The notes beneath the pieces are model-generated. The model did no database searches and was not told the origin of the DNA. It saw nothing but the letters and a program-made list of their open reading frames with translations. Below, piece after piece: positions 38,795 through 50,238 of a stretch of DNA of 64,000 bases (its first letter is position 1; every line of letters begins with the position of its first letter). A program made the position numbers and the translations under genes. The stretch comes from Longimicrobiales bacterium (GTDB lineage Bacteria > Gemmatimonadota > Gemmatimonadetes > Longimicrobiales > Gaopeijiaceae), in contig CBDFIQ010000002.1 in assembly GCA_965248195.1 (NCBI GenBank), positions 256,001 through 320,000 of the forward strand, given 5' to 3'.

Positions 38795-39531
38795 GCGAGA
38801 TCATCACGAGAGCGTTGGAGTTCAGCTCCGACATCGAGCGTGTGTGGAAGGCGCTTACGGACCCGAGTGAGATCGCGAAGTGGTTCTCGGACCGGGTCGG
38901 ATTCGATCCCCGGCCCGGCAGCCTCGGATGGCTCGAGTGGGACAAACACGGCCGGTATCCGCTTCGGGTCGAGGCGGTGGAGTCGCCCCATCACATTTCC
39001 TGGAGTTGGAGTCACGATCCTGATCACGATTTCGACCCCGAGAACTCCACCCTGGTCGAGTGGACGCTGAGCGAGCGAGAGGAAGGGGGCACCTTGCTCG
39101 AGCTACGCGAGTCGGGCTTTCGTACGGAGGCGGATTATCAGGAAAATCAGGGCGGGTGGACCGCGGAATTGGGGGAGCTGGCGGAGCTCCTGGAGGGTCA
39201 GCAAGCCGTTTTCGCATCCAACTCCGAGGTCGCGATTCATGTGCCCGACCTCGAAAGGGCCGAGGCCTTCTACGTCGGTGTGCTGGGCGGGCGCCTGATC
39301 AGCAAGAGCGACGCTGGCCTGGAAATCGAGAGCGGAGCTCTGAGGCTCTACGTGAACCGAGACGAGGACGCCCTGCGCTCGTTCATTCCATCGTTCGACG
39401 TCGCCGACGCGACGCGTGCCGCTCTGCAACTTCAGGTTGCCGGCTGTGAGGTGGAAGCGGGTGCCTCGGGCGGTCGCTACTTCAGGGACCCCTTCGGGCT
39501 CGTCTTTGATATCGTGGAGCGAGTCAAATAA
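38791..39531 (+). CDS. SRPBCC (AHSA1-like) plus VOC-domain protein
   Basis: ERVWKALTDP..W; C-terminal VPDLERAEAFY..YFRDPFG; ATGA overlap with arsR. Confidence 0.87.
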   Translation: MSEIITRALEFSSDIERVWKALTDPSEIAKWFSDRVGFDPRPGSLGWLEWDKHGRYPLRVEAVESPHHISWSWSHDPDHDFDPENSTLVEWTLSEREEGGTLLELRESGFRTEADYQENQGGWTAELGELAELLEGQQAVFASNSEVAIHVPDLERAEAFYVGVLGGRLISKSDAGLEIESGALRLYVNRDEDALRSFIPSFDVADATRAALQLQVAGCEVEAGASGGRYFRDPFGLVFDIVERVK

Positions 39532-39686
39532 CCGGCAACGAGCTTTGGCCGCACGGGCCTTCATGAAAGGCGGCAGCCCCAGTATCATATGCCGCAGGGT
39601 AGGTAGATCCGAAAGTAATTAGGCTGAACCCGCGAACTGAACCGGCGGATCATCCTGATTGGTGTTAACACCCGTGGGGTCCAAGC

Positions 39687-40190
39687 TTGAGCGACGCGAT
39701 GGAGTCAGGGCCGTCGGAACCGATAGATCCGGAGACCGTTGTCGGTCATGTTCACCTCAAGGTCGCGGAGTTGGACCGATCGATCCGTTTCTACTCCGGT
39801 GTGCTCGGGTTCGAGGTGACGAATAAAATGGGCTCCCAAGCTGCGTTCCTCAGCGCCGGGGGGTACCATCACCACGTCGGTTTGAATACATGGGAGTCGA
39901 AGGGGGGGAACCCGCCGGCCGCGGGCACCACCGGGCTTTACCACGTCGCATTTTGTTATCCGAATCGGAGCGCCCTGGCGAAGGCGCTTCGGCGACTCGA
40001 TGACTTCTCGATCCCACTCGAGGGAGCGGCGGACCACGGCGTGAGCGAGGCCCTCTACCTTCGGGATCCGGATGGCAACGGCGTCGAGCTCTACTTCGAC
40101 CGACCTCGGGAGGAGTGGCCGCGGGGCCCTGATGGCGAGCTCCAGATGTTCACCAAACCGCTGGATCTCGTGGATCTGCGTCGGTCCTGA
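39687..40190 (+). CDS. VOC-family protein (catechol-2,3-dioxygenase-like)
   Basis: GHVHLKV, GGYHHHVGLNTW, GLYH.A, DHGVSEALYL.DPDGNGVELY. Confidence 0.9.
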   Translation: MSDAMESGPSEPIDPETVVGHVHLKVAELDRSIRFYSGVLGFEVTNKMGSQAAFLSAGGYHHHVGLNTWESKGGNPPAAGTTGLYHVAFCYPNRSALAKALRRLDDFSIPLEGAADHGVSEALYLRDPDGNGVELYFDRPREEWPRGPDGELQMFTKPLDLVDLRRS

Positions 40191-40230
40191 CGGACCTCAG
40201 GCGATTCGGAGTTCGGATCGGGCGTTTCCC

Positions 40231-40701
40231 TCATGCGTAGGGCATCGGAGGCTCTTTGCCGATCAGCCGCGCGTAGACCGCCAACGATCCGCGATGGTGA
40301 GCAGTGTGATCGACAATCCCCGACACCACCGCGAGGCGCGGCGCCCCTTCCATGATCTTCTTGTCCGGAATGGGCTCGACCAGGTCTTGATCCGAGGCCG
40401 CTCCTACCACTGCGATGGCGTTGGTGAACGCCCGATCCAGCCGCTCGAGAGCTTCTACGAGCGAGGTGACCGCCTTCGCCTTGGCGATCGAGGCGTCGAA
40501 CTCCAGATCCCAGCCGTCTCCAAACGCTCCCTCGATGAACCAGTCGATCGAGTCCGCCGCGTGAGCGACGTGGCCCGCGACCGTATAGAGCTCGGGATAG
40601 GGGGCGAACCCGCCGTCTTCCGGTGCGAAGACGGATAGGGTGGTCCTGAAGAACTTCTGGGTCGATTCGAGCTGTTGAACCAATCCTTGTGAGACGGCCA
40701 T
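40231..40701 (-). CDS. DinB-family protein
   Basis: HVAH..DHTAHHRG.L.VY.RL.G..PP.PY. Confidence 0.87.
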   Translation of the reverse strand: MAVSQGLVQQLESTQKFFRTTLSVFAPEDGGFAPYPELYTVAGHVAHAADSIDWFIEGAFGDGWDLEFDASIAKAKAVTSLVEALERLDRAFTNAIAVVGAASDQDLVEPIPDKKIMEGAPRLAVVSGIVDHTAHHRGSLAVYARLIGKEPPMPYA

Positions 40702-40770
40702 GGGGAGTTCTCCGGTATATTCGGCTTTTGTTCGGTTATTTTGCCAGGACTCGGTGGGCGTGTCAAGAAC

Positions 40771-41062
40771 TCAGCCGTAGGTCTTCCGCAGTTCCACTTT
40801 CTGCACCTTACCCGTGCCACCGATCGGCAACTCCTCGACCATGACTACGTCATCCGGAATCCACCATTCTTCAACCTTGCCCTTGAAGAATCCGAGCAAC
40901 TCCTCTTTGGAGGGTTCCGCCCCCGGGTTCGGCCTCACGATGAGGAGCGGGCGCTCGCTCCATTTTTCATCGGGAATTCCGATCACCGCCGCCTGCATTA
41001 CGTCAGGATGACTCATTGCCAAGTGCTCGAGCTCGATCGAACTGATCCACTCCCCTCCTGAC
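40771..41062 (-). pseudogene. 3' fragment of a fatty-acid--CoA ligase, truncated by IS256
   Basis: SGGEWISSIELE..HPDV.QAAVIG.PDEKW.ERP..TGKVQK; begins at the IS end. Confidence 0.88.
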
Positions 41063-42438
41063 GGTCAAGTCCCGATTTGTGTGTAAAAGCGGAGGAAGCT
41101 CCTCGCCTTCGGCTAGGCTGCTTGGGCGACCTCCTGTTTCTGGAGGAGTGAGAGGTCGAGGTAACGCCGGTCGCCCCAGACGTGTGTGGTCCTGAGTGCG
41201 ACGGCCGTGATGAGCCTGAGGGCGCTGGCCCGGTCCGGGAAGGCGCCGGCGGCCTTGATCCTGCGTTTGATCTCGCCGTGCAGCCGCTCGAGGCTGTTGG
41301 TGGTACGCAGCCGGGGCCAGTGCGCCTCGGGGAACGCGTAGAACTGCGTCGCTGCCCCGAAGCCCCGCTCCAGGACCTCCACGGCCTCGGGCAGCTCCTT
41401 CTTCCAGCGTGCGCCGAACTCGCCCAGGAGCTTCTTCGCCTCGGCGAGTCCGGATGTCTGGAAGATCACCGAGACCTCACGCGCCACGCGCTTGCGTAGG
41501 CGGTGGGGGACCCTCGCCCCCACATTACGCTGCAGATGGACCGTACACCTCTGACGGCGTGCCTCGGGCAGGAAGCGGCGGACCGCAGCTGCCAGGCCTG
41601 CGTGCTCATCGGCGATCACGAGCTCGACACCGCCGAGGCCGCGGTCCTGGAGTTGCTCGAGGAGCTCCGACCAGCTCTGCTGCGACTCCTCAGCGCCCAG
41701 CGTGACGGCCAGGAGCCGTCGGTGACCCTCAGGGCCCACTGCATACGCCACGAGCGCACTCACGTTCTCGACTTTGCGGGCCCAGCGGGCGTCCAAGAAC
41801 GTGGCGTCCAGGTACAGATAGGGGTGAGGCCCCTCGATCGGCGCACGGCGCAGCCCTTCCACGGCCTCGTCGAGCCGTTTTGCCACACGACTCACCGTCG
41901 AGCGCCCAACACGCTCGCCCATCAGCGCCTCGGTGACGTCGCCCATCTTGCGCTGTGACACGCCGCTCACATACGCCTCGACCATCATCTCGTCGAGCTC
42001 GGGGCTCCTGCGCTGGTAGCGGCCGATCACGTCGGCCGGCGAACCGTTGTCCCGGCTCCGGGGCATGGCGACCTCGATCTGCCCCAGGCTCGTCAGCAGC
42101 CGCCTCAGGTATGTGCCGTTCCTATGGTCCTTCCGGCTTCCCACCCGCTCGAAGCGGCGTGCACCTACCATGGCCTTCAGCTCCTCTTCCAGCACCATCT
42201 CGAGCGTCAGCCGGATCGCGCCTTGAAACAGCTCGCGCAAATCATCGCGTAGCTCGTCTTGCGTGGCCCGACCGATCTCCACAATCTCTTGCATCGGAAG
42301 CTCCTCTCCGGTTCCGAGCCTGCTCTGCAGACCCGGACTCCCGGGTTCATGTGACAGTGAACAACAACAGAGGAGCTTCCGTTTTTCTTTCCCTCCTGTC
42401 CAGCTTATCCGCTTTTACACAAATCTAGGGACACTACC
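41063..42438 (-). mobile_element. IS256-family element, copy 2 (transposase 41113-42294)
   Basis: Same ends and protein as copy 1; flanks CCTCCTGAC and GGTGGCGTC are not duplicated. Confidence 0.97.
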
Positions 42439-43947
42439 GGTGGCGTCGACACGATGGTCGATTCGGGCATCACCGTAGACTCGTGGTTTGATCGTGGCGA
42501 GAAAACTCATCTGAGTTCGTCGCAGCTAAACCCGAACAGTCAGTTTTCTCAGTACGACAGTGTGGCAACGAACGAGACCCGCTTGATGCCCGGTGCCACA
42601 ATCGATCTCGATCCTGACGTGACGATGGCTGTTGTTGCGTCGAACGGTCACGTGCGAGGGGCCGTGGGGCACTACGAGGTCGATGGACCCAGTCACAATG
42701 AGAACTTCTACTCTATCGCGCTTCTGATCAGCTACGAGGGGTTCAACTACTTCGTGGGTGGTGACCTTACCTCTGACATAGAAGAGCGGATCGTCGAGCA
42801 GGCAGCCCTCGGCGACATTGATGTCTACAAGGTGAGCCACCACGGGTCGGCCACTTCTTCGACAGCGGCGTTGCTAGAGTTGATCCGACCGGAGGTAGCC
42901 ATCATCTCGAACGGCTCGGAGAGCTGCTTCAATCATCCGAGGCAGTCGGTCCTAGACACCCTTGGTGCGATTCCGGGCATCGTGATCTTTCAAACGAACC
43001 GGCTCAAGGATGAACACCTCGACCAGTGCCAGAGCGGGGCCATCGTCAGCGGGAATGTGGCCGACGCGAATATTGCTGATCCTGAGACCGACGAGGTTGA
43101 TGGTCACGTCACGATAGTGGTGAGCGACGGGAACTACGTTGTGAGCTTGCCTGCAAGGGGAACGTCGCGGACTTTTTCGATCAACGGCACCCTCCCGACT
43201 GGACGGGTTCCCGAAAACGCCTGCGACGCCGATGCGAGACTGGAGCCGGTCAGGGCATTGGAGTGCCACTTCGCCAGGAATCTCCTGAGGCGTTTTCCTT
43301 TTCACGGTCGGTTTGGTCCTCAAACGAGGGACGCTGCCCCTGACGATGTACGCCAGCTCCTAACGCTACTGGATCGAGTTGAACCTGATGTGGCGCTGCC
43401 GACAACCTCCGGCCTTACCGAGGCGCTCTATCGGGCCAAGCCAGCACTAGAGACCCTTCTCGGAGATGAGCGCTCGCGGTTAACCTTCCGGATCACCGAA
43501 AGTCGTCACGCAACCGAAATCGCGGAATGGTCGGTGGTCAGCGGATGGAATGGCTCAAGTTCGAGCGAACGCCGCTTGCTCGAAACCGTCTGGCGGGTGG
43601 GAGACCGCTTAACGGTAAGCCTCACCCTCGCGCACTCCTCTCGATTCCGATTCCTGCCAAGGGAGGAGGGCCTTTCAATGGTCGATGGAGAAGGCCGAGT
43701 ATTGTCGTTCGAGTTCCTTGGCGCCTGGGGTTTGTGGCGTCTACTCGACCGACATGGCTTGAGCGACGAGCCGTCAAGTAACAGCACGGTGACGGTGCGT
43801 CTTGATTTCGACTTGGTGGATTTGTCTGAAGTCGAACCGGGCGTATCGGAGGCGTCCTGGGTCGTCCTTGAAGTGGAGGTGCTTGGTGCCGGTGGCGGCC
43901 AGGCGTTCGACCTGCGCCTGCCGTCCGCTGTGGGATGGAGCCGATAG
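42439..43947 (+). pseudogene. 5'-truncated ComEC/MBL-fold hydrolase fused to a possible IcmF/TssM-C-like domain
   Basis: NEN.YSIALL, GGDL, KVSHHGS.TSS, PEVAIIS.G, HP; HxHxDH region missing; C-part has RRFPF and GAWGLWRLLD. Confidence 0.65.
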
Positions 43948-44039
43948 TACACTCTAGATTCTCTGCCCCAAAACAAGCGATTGCTACTGTCGGCGTCCAA
44001 CATCAACTCCCTCCACCCCCATTTGGTGCGTGAATGCTT

Positions 44040-44357
44040 TGACGGGTCCGAGCCAGCGCATCGAGAATGTTTCCTTCACCCAATGATCCCACGAAACCCA
44101 TGACGCGCCACCTCGCCGACAAGTGGCTCAGGAAGGCGGAGAACCTTGCGGGGATTGAATCACAGAAGGGCTCACTCTGGCACGCAGACCGTCGAAAGTG
44201 GGCCACCGAACGGAAGCACCTATCTGACACCGATGTGGCTGCAGCCGGAGGCTGGACGAACTCACTCACGCTCAGGAAGGTCTACCAACAATCCGATGCT
44301 GAGACTATTCTACAGGTCGCTCTCAGCGGCGGTGAGTTGAGAGAAAAGCAGGGATGA
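44040..44357 (+). pseudogene. tyrosine integrase C-terminal remnant
   Basis: FPSP..WHADRRKWATERK..VAAAGGW..VYQQ (HxxR, W, Y); N-terminus absent. Confidence 0.8.
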
Positions 44358-44453
44358 GCCAACCCGTTCCTGCGCAAAACATTGCACAGCACTGCCTGTC
44401 GCTGAACGTGGCGGTGTGAGAATGACGCGCAGTTATGCGACGAAGTGACACAT

Positions 44454-44526
44454 TGGGGCGTAGCTCAATTGGCAGAGCGCCTGGCTGTTAACCAGGAGGT
44501 TGGTGGTTCGAGTCCACCCGCCCCAG
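44454..44526 (+). tRNA. tRNA-Asn (anticodon GUU)
   Basis: Acceptor TGGGGCG/CGCCCCA, anticodon arm CCTGG-CTGTTAA-CCAGG, T arm GGTGG-TTCGAGT-CCACC. Confidence 0.97.
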
Positions 44527-44958
44527 TAGAAGTTCCGGAAAACCGCTTCCTTCCTAGCGGCCTGCAAGCGGGATATGGCGCGCCTCGAGCGAGCCTACCG
44601 GACGCTGTTCGAGGAGTGGAAACGCAGAGAAGCGAACTCGACAGGCAATAGCGGCCCGTGAAGCATGTCGGGGAGCGAAGCGCACGAGCCCGATGGCTAC
44701 CGCGACAGGCGAGGAGCCGAGCGGGAAACGCCGGATCGAGGACAAGACCAAACTCAAGAGTAGCTCTGATTCTGCCTCTGACGGGCTTCTGCTTGCGCCT
44801 ACCGGCCCTCTTTCGGATGTTGAACGCGGATCTGATCCCGGAGTGCGCCTATGTCCGATGCAGTCGCTTGTCTGTGGTGGTTCAGACGGGGTAGCCTAAC
44901 CGGGGGACACATGTTAAACTCGGAATGTAAATGCTAGGCAGAGACTGTTCGCCACGCC

Positions 44959-46334
44959 GGTCAAGTCCCGATTTGTGTGTAAAAGCGGAGGAAGCTCCTC
45001 GCCTTCGGCTAGGCTGCTTGGGCGACCTCCTGTTTCTGGAGGAGTGAGAGGTCGAGGTAACGCCGGTCGCCCCAGACGTGTGTGGTCCTGAGTGCGACGG
45101 CCGTGATGAGCCTGAGGGCGCTGGCCCGGTCCGGGAAGGCGCCGGCGGCCTTGATCCTGCGTTTGATCTCGCCGTGCAGCCGCTCGAGGCTGTTGGTGGT
45201 ACGCAGCCGGGGCCAGTGCGCCTCGGGGAACGCGTAGAACTGCGTCGCTGCCCCGAAGCCCCGCTCCAGGACCTCCACGGCCTCGGGCAGCTCCTTCTTC
45301 CAGCGTGCGCCGAACTCGCCCAGGAGCTTCTTCGCCTCGGCGAGTCCGGATGTCTGGAAGATCACCGAGACCTCACGCGCCACGCGCTTGCGTAGGCGGT
45401 GGGGGACCCTCGCCCCCACATTACGCTGCAGATGGACCGTACACCTCTGACGGCGTGCCTCGGGCAGGAAGCGGCGGACCGCAGCTGCCAGGCCTGCGTG
45501 CTCATCGGCGATCACGAGCTCGACACCGCCGAGGCCGCGGTCCTGGAGTTGCTCGAGGAGCTCCGACCAGCTCTGCTGCGACTCCTCAGCGCCCAGCGTG
45601 ACGGCCAGGAGCCGTCGGTGACCCTCAGGGCCCACTGCATACGCCACGAGCGCACTCACGTTCTCGACTTTGCGGGCCCAGCGGGCGTCCAAGAACGTGG
45701 CGTCCAGGTACAGATAGGGGTGAGGCCCCTCGATCGGCGCACGGCGCAGCCCTTCCACGGCCTCGTCGAGCCGTTTTGCCACACGACTCACCGTCGAGCG
45801 CCCAACACGCTCGCCCATCAGCGCCTCGGTGACGTCGCCCATCTTGCGCTGTGACACGCCGCTCACATACGCCTCGACCATCATCTCGTCGAGCTCGGGG
45901 CTCCTGCGCTGGTAGCGGCCGATCACGTCGGCCGGCGAACCGTTGTCCCGGCTCCGGGGCATGGCGACCTCGATCTGCCCCAGGCTCGTCAGCAGCCGCC
46001 TCAGGTATGTGCCGTTCCTATGGTCCTTCCGGCTTCCCACCCGCTCGAAGCGGCGTGCACCTACCATGGCCTTCAGCTCCTCTTCCAGCACCATCTCGAG
46101 CGTCAGCCGGATCGCGCCTTGAAACAGCTCGCGCAAATCATCGCGTAGCTCGTCTTGCGTGGCCCGACCGATCTCCACAATCTCTTGCATCGGAAGCTCC
46201 TCTCCGGTTCCGAGCCTGCTCTGCAGACCCGGACTCCCGGGTTCATGTGACAGTGAACAACAACAGAGGAGCTTCCGTTTTTCTTTCCCTCCTGTCCGGC
46301 TTATCCGCTTTTACACAAATCTAGGGACACTACC
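44959..46334 (-). mobile_element. IS256-family element, copy 3 (transposase 45009-46190)
   Basis: Same protein; one substitution noticed at 46298; flanks CGCCACGCC and CTAATGTAC are not duplicated. Confidence 0.97.
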
Positions 46335-47719
46335 CTAATGTACTCGTTGGCGGCGTGGGCGACCGCGTCCCGGCGTGCCGGCGAAACGACACCGGCGCAG
46401 GGAATGCCCTCCTTGACGAGGTAGTGGGTGTCGGTGGTCCCAATGGCGAAGTTGGCTGGCTCCACGTCGCCGAAGTCGGGGGGCCTTCCGGCCAGCGCCT
46501 CGTAGGCCGACGCGGTCGCTTTGACCACCGGCCAGTCGAAGTCCACCCGGTAGCCTGGCCTCCGGTCTATCTCCCCGATTGTCGCTCTGAAGTCGTTGTC
46601 CTGGGCCGCGAGCCGGTCGAGGATCACCTGTATATCCCTCCAGACGTCGTCGGGGTCGTGGTCCGGCACCAGCCGGGTGTCGAGGAACACCCGACAGAAC
46701 GCCGGCTTTTGGGAGGTCTGGGTCGTGGGCCACCCGCCCTTGACCTGGAGCACCTGATAGAAGGAGGGCCCGTAATACCGGCTCGGGGGATGGTTCGGCG
46801 CCGCCTCGGCGATGGCGGCGATGAACTTGCTGGCTTTGTGGATGGCGTTGACCCCCACGCCGGGCCGGGGAGAGCTCCCTGCGTGGGCGTTCGTGCCATA
46901 GAAGGTGATCATCGCCGACGTCCGCCCGGGCACCGTCGCGCGGATCCGCGAGCCCGTCCCCGCGCCCTCGGAGAAGGCGCCCGAGACCTCCTTGTGAAGA
47001 CCGGACTTGATGAACTGCTTGATGCCCAGCATGTAGCCCTCTTCGTCGGCCACCAGCCCGATCAGCAGGTCGCCGGGCAGCTCCACCCCCGCCTCCTTGA
47101 TGGCTTTCGCGGCCATGATCTTGGCCACGCAGCCTGACTTGTTGTCGGAGGCCCCAAGCCCATAGACGCGGCCGTCCCGGATCTCACCCGCGAAGGGATC
47201 CACAAACCAATCGTCCTCGTTGGCCGTGTCGTCGAGGTGGATGCTGTCCAGGTGGGACGTGACCATCAGGGTCGGCCCCTTCGGCGTCCGCCCCGGGAGC
47301 CTGGCGACCAGGTTGGACCGGCCCGGGTGGCCCTCGATTCCCTGGATCATCGCGTCGTCGATCCCCCACTCGCGCAACCTGCCGGCGAAGTACTCGGCTC
47401 CCGCCTGCTCGTTGGACATGGCCGTCGGGATGCGCACGAAGTCCTGGAGGACGGAAACCACCTCGTCCTCCCTGATCAGGTCGAGAACCTCCTGTTCCTC
47501 TGGGGTCAACTGGGCGGGGGGAACTTGTCGAGGGCGCGAGCCGGAGGTCGCGGCAGCCGGCTCATCGGAGATGTTTCCGTCCGGGGAAGTCCGGGGACCG
47601 GCGACAAGTCCGGCGGTCATGAACGACCCGCCGATGACCGACGCTCCTTTGAGGAAATCCCTTCGATCCAAGCCCTCGGTGCTTTGCCCGGTATTGGGAT
47701 TCGCAGTGGAAGTATCCAT
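46335..47719 (-). pseudogene. Tat-exported M20 (ArgE/DapE-like) hydrolase, 3'-truncated by IS256
   Basis: RRDFLK; SHLD, GLGASDNK, ADEE, AHAANEYI then IS sequence. Confidence 0.85.
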
Positions 47720-47910
47720 GATCACGCCTCTCTCTTTTTGTCTACCTCGCCCGCTACCTACTTGGTTGTTGCGGTTCCAGGTCGATTTAGGACGCGCGCA
47801 CGGAGCGTCGGCGGTCTCGTCGTCCGGTGGGCGCCCTGAGGGGGGCGTCTACTCCGGCGACGGGCCAGCGTGGGTCACCAGCAAGAGGCCAGACTCTTCA
47901 TCCAGGCGAC

Positions 47911-48744
47911 TCACCTCAGTTTCGAAACGACGACCTCCCGAGTGCTCCGTAGAATCGAGTACAGCGTTCCCGGCTCGCTCCGATCCCAGGCGATACCCTG
48001 CCCCTCGGCCGTCACCGGGAGGACTTCCTGGAGGCCGAGGACCGACCCGGCTTTGGGCAGCGACAGCACGAACACCGCACCGTCGTCATGACCGGTGGCG
48101 TAGAGCCGTCCATCCTCTCCCCAGGTGCCGCCCGAGTTGCTCATCTGCTCGAATCGCTCAACCACCGCACGCGGATAGACGTATCCGGCGACCCGACGCC
48201 AGCGCTCGTCGAACTTCACCAAGTTCGTCCATGCCGGTCCCTGATCGGGGACCCCGCCGACACCAGCGTAGTGGCCGAAGGCCACCCACCAGTGCCCATC
48301 CGCGCGGTCGACCCAGGTGGCAGAGCCACCGAGGATGCCGAAGCTGTGGGATTCCACGTGCTCGAGGGTGGCGGTCTCGAACACCTCGATCGAGCTCACC
48401 ATAGGGACACCGGGGTAGTTGGAATGGGCGCAGTACAGACGGCCGTCGAGAACGATGCCGCTGTCCAGATGGATGATCGGTCCGTCCGGTGCCCCTTCCC
48501 AGCCGCCGACCCGCTCACCGCTCTGCTTGTCGTACTTTCCGATTTGTCGATTCGAGATGGCATAGAAGTGCCGATCATCAACGGCGACACCCTGCCTCGC
48601 CTCCTCAGCGCTGAACCGCCTGACCTCCTCGAAACGCCGAGACTGATCTTGCGCCTGCGCGGCGGGCGCTACCAGGAGACCGAGCGCGAGCACGAACAGT
48701 GCACGGTCGGCGTGCTCGATTGACCCGAGTCTAGCCATCGTCAT
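47911..48744 (-). CDS. secreted hypothetical protein, possibly a beta-propeller
   Basis: Signal peptide ending AQA; A.QGVAVD, GQGIAWD repeats. Confidence 0.75.
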   Translation of the reverse strand: MTMARLGSIEHADRALFVLALGLLVAPAAQAQDQSRRFEEVRRFSAEEARQGVAVDDRHFYAISNRQIGKYDKQSGERVGGWEGAPDGPIIHLDSGIVLDGRLYCAHSNYPGVPMVSSIEVFETATLEHVESHSFGILGGSATWVDRADGHWWVAFGHYAGVGGVPDQGPAWTNLVKFDERWRRVAGYVYPRAVVERFEQMSNSGGTWGEDGRLYATGHDDGAVFVLSLPKAGSVLGLQEVLPVTAEGQGIAWDRSEPGTLYSILRSTREVVVSKLR

Positions 48745-48769
48745 GTCATTCCCGTCATGTGCGGGGCCG

Positions 48770-49993
48770 TCATGCGCGGGGCACCCGCGTGCCGCCGAGC
48801 ACGGTCTCGCTCGGGAAGAGTCTTTGGCGGCCGGTCCGCGTGTTCCCGTAGTTGTCGACGAATTCGAACGTGCCTTCTCGCAGTTCGAGCACCGCCACGT
48901 CGGCCGGCGCACCCACGTTGAGCGTGCCACGATCATGGAACAGCGGGAATATACGCGAGGCATTGAGGGTCGCGCGGGCGACGACCTGATCCAACGTCAT
49001 CCCGAAGTTCAGGAACTTGGACATAACGTTGGGGAAATCGATGACACTTTCCGCGGTCGGGCTCGTCGTGCTCCCGTCGGTGGAGATCGTATCTGGCCAA
49101 AAACCCGCCTGGATGATCCGGTCGAAGGTGCCCCAACCCAGATGCCCCGTCCGTCTGTTGGCGACGTCGAACCACACGCCGCGGCGGCGCGCGGCAAGCA
49201 CCGCCGGCAGGATATGATCGTCGGCGGCGATGATGCTGTTCGGCGGCGGCGCAAACATGTGGGTGACGATGTCGCCCCGCTTGAGCTGGCCGAACAGCCT
49301 GGGCAGTGCCGAGGCAGTTTGGCCCATGTGGATCATCACTGGCAGGTCGAAGGACGTGGCCACCTCCTGCGCGCGGCGCAACACCTCGACGTCGTCGGCA
49401 GCGACCCCCCTCGTGAGTCGCGCCTTGACGCCCACGACGACGTCGCGGTTGCGCGCGATGGCCTCCTGCGCCGCAACGACATCGGCCAGGCGCAGGTCCA
49501 TCGTGTCGCCACCGGGCAGGATACCGGCACGCCCGATGTTGATGAGCATGCGCCCCGGCTGCGGCGCGGACCTCGCAATGGCCACCATGTCGTCGATCTG
49601 ATCCGCGCCCGCTGATCCGGCATCGACCCATCCGGTCACACCCCCGGCCAGGCCCACCAAAGGGCCTTCTTCCTCTCGGGCATAGTGTGTATGGATGTCG
49701 AGCAGTCCTGGGACGACGACCTTCCCCGTCGCATCGATGACCTCCGCGGCATCGCCCGAGATGTCGGCCTCGACCGCTGCGATCCGGCCGTCCGTGATCG
49801 CCACGTCGCGGATTGCGTTGACCCGCAGTGAGGGGTCAATGACGCGCCCGCCCTTGACGATCAGGTCATAGTCGGCCGCGAGCAGCTCTGAGCCACGGGC
49901 TAACGCCCCGGCGCCTAGGGAGCCTACGGAGCCTAGGGCGCCTACAGCGCCGGCTGCGGCGGTTGCGGAGACGAACTGGCGCCGGTTCATCAT
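48770..49993 (-). CDS. Tat-exported amidohydrolase/deacetylase (dihydroorotase-like)
   Basis: NRRQFV; PGLLDIHTH, DAGSAG, GVKARL, MIH, THMF, ISTD, GAPADVAV. Confidence 0.9.
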   Translation of the reverse strand: MMNRRQFVSATAAAGAVGALGSVGSLGAGALARGSELLAADYDLIVKGGRVIDPSLRVNAIRDVAITDGRIAAVEADISGDAAEVIDATGKVVVPGLLDIHTHYAREEEGPLVGLAGGVTGWVDAGSAGADQIDDMVAIARSAPQPGRMLINIGRAGILPGGDTMDLRLADVVAAQEAIARNRDVVVGVKARLTRGVAADDVEVLRRAQEVATSFDLPVMIHMGQTASALPRLFGQLKRGDIVTHMFAPPPNSIIAADDHILPAVLAARRRGVWFDVANRRTGHLGWGTFDRIIQAGFWPDTISTDGSTTSPTAESVIDFPNVMSKFLNFGMTLDQVVARATLNASRIFPLFHDRGTLNVGAPADVAVLELREGTFEFVDNYGNTRTGRQRLFPSETVLGGTRVPRA

Positions 49994-50238
49994 TGTCTGA
50001 AGCCTCGTGTGTCTATAGCCTCGTGAGTCTGTAGCCTCTTGGCTCGGTTTAGAGAGATGCTGTGCGCAGGGCCCCGGCCTGTCAACAGGACGTTGACCGC
50101 GAAATGCCCCTTGGGGCAGGAGCGGGGCTGGTCCTGGTCCCAGCAACGGGCAACTGGACGCTCATTTGTATGTTGCGATGCGCCAGCGACGGATGGCGGA
50201 CGACATGATTCGACTCCTTACTTCCCGGAGGAGCTCTG

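Noticed and set aside
41063..46334. IS256 composite transposon carrying tRNA-Asn
   Set aside because: The outer flanks CCTCCTGAC and CTAATGTAC are not a target duplication.
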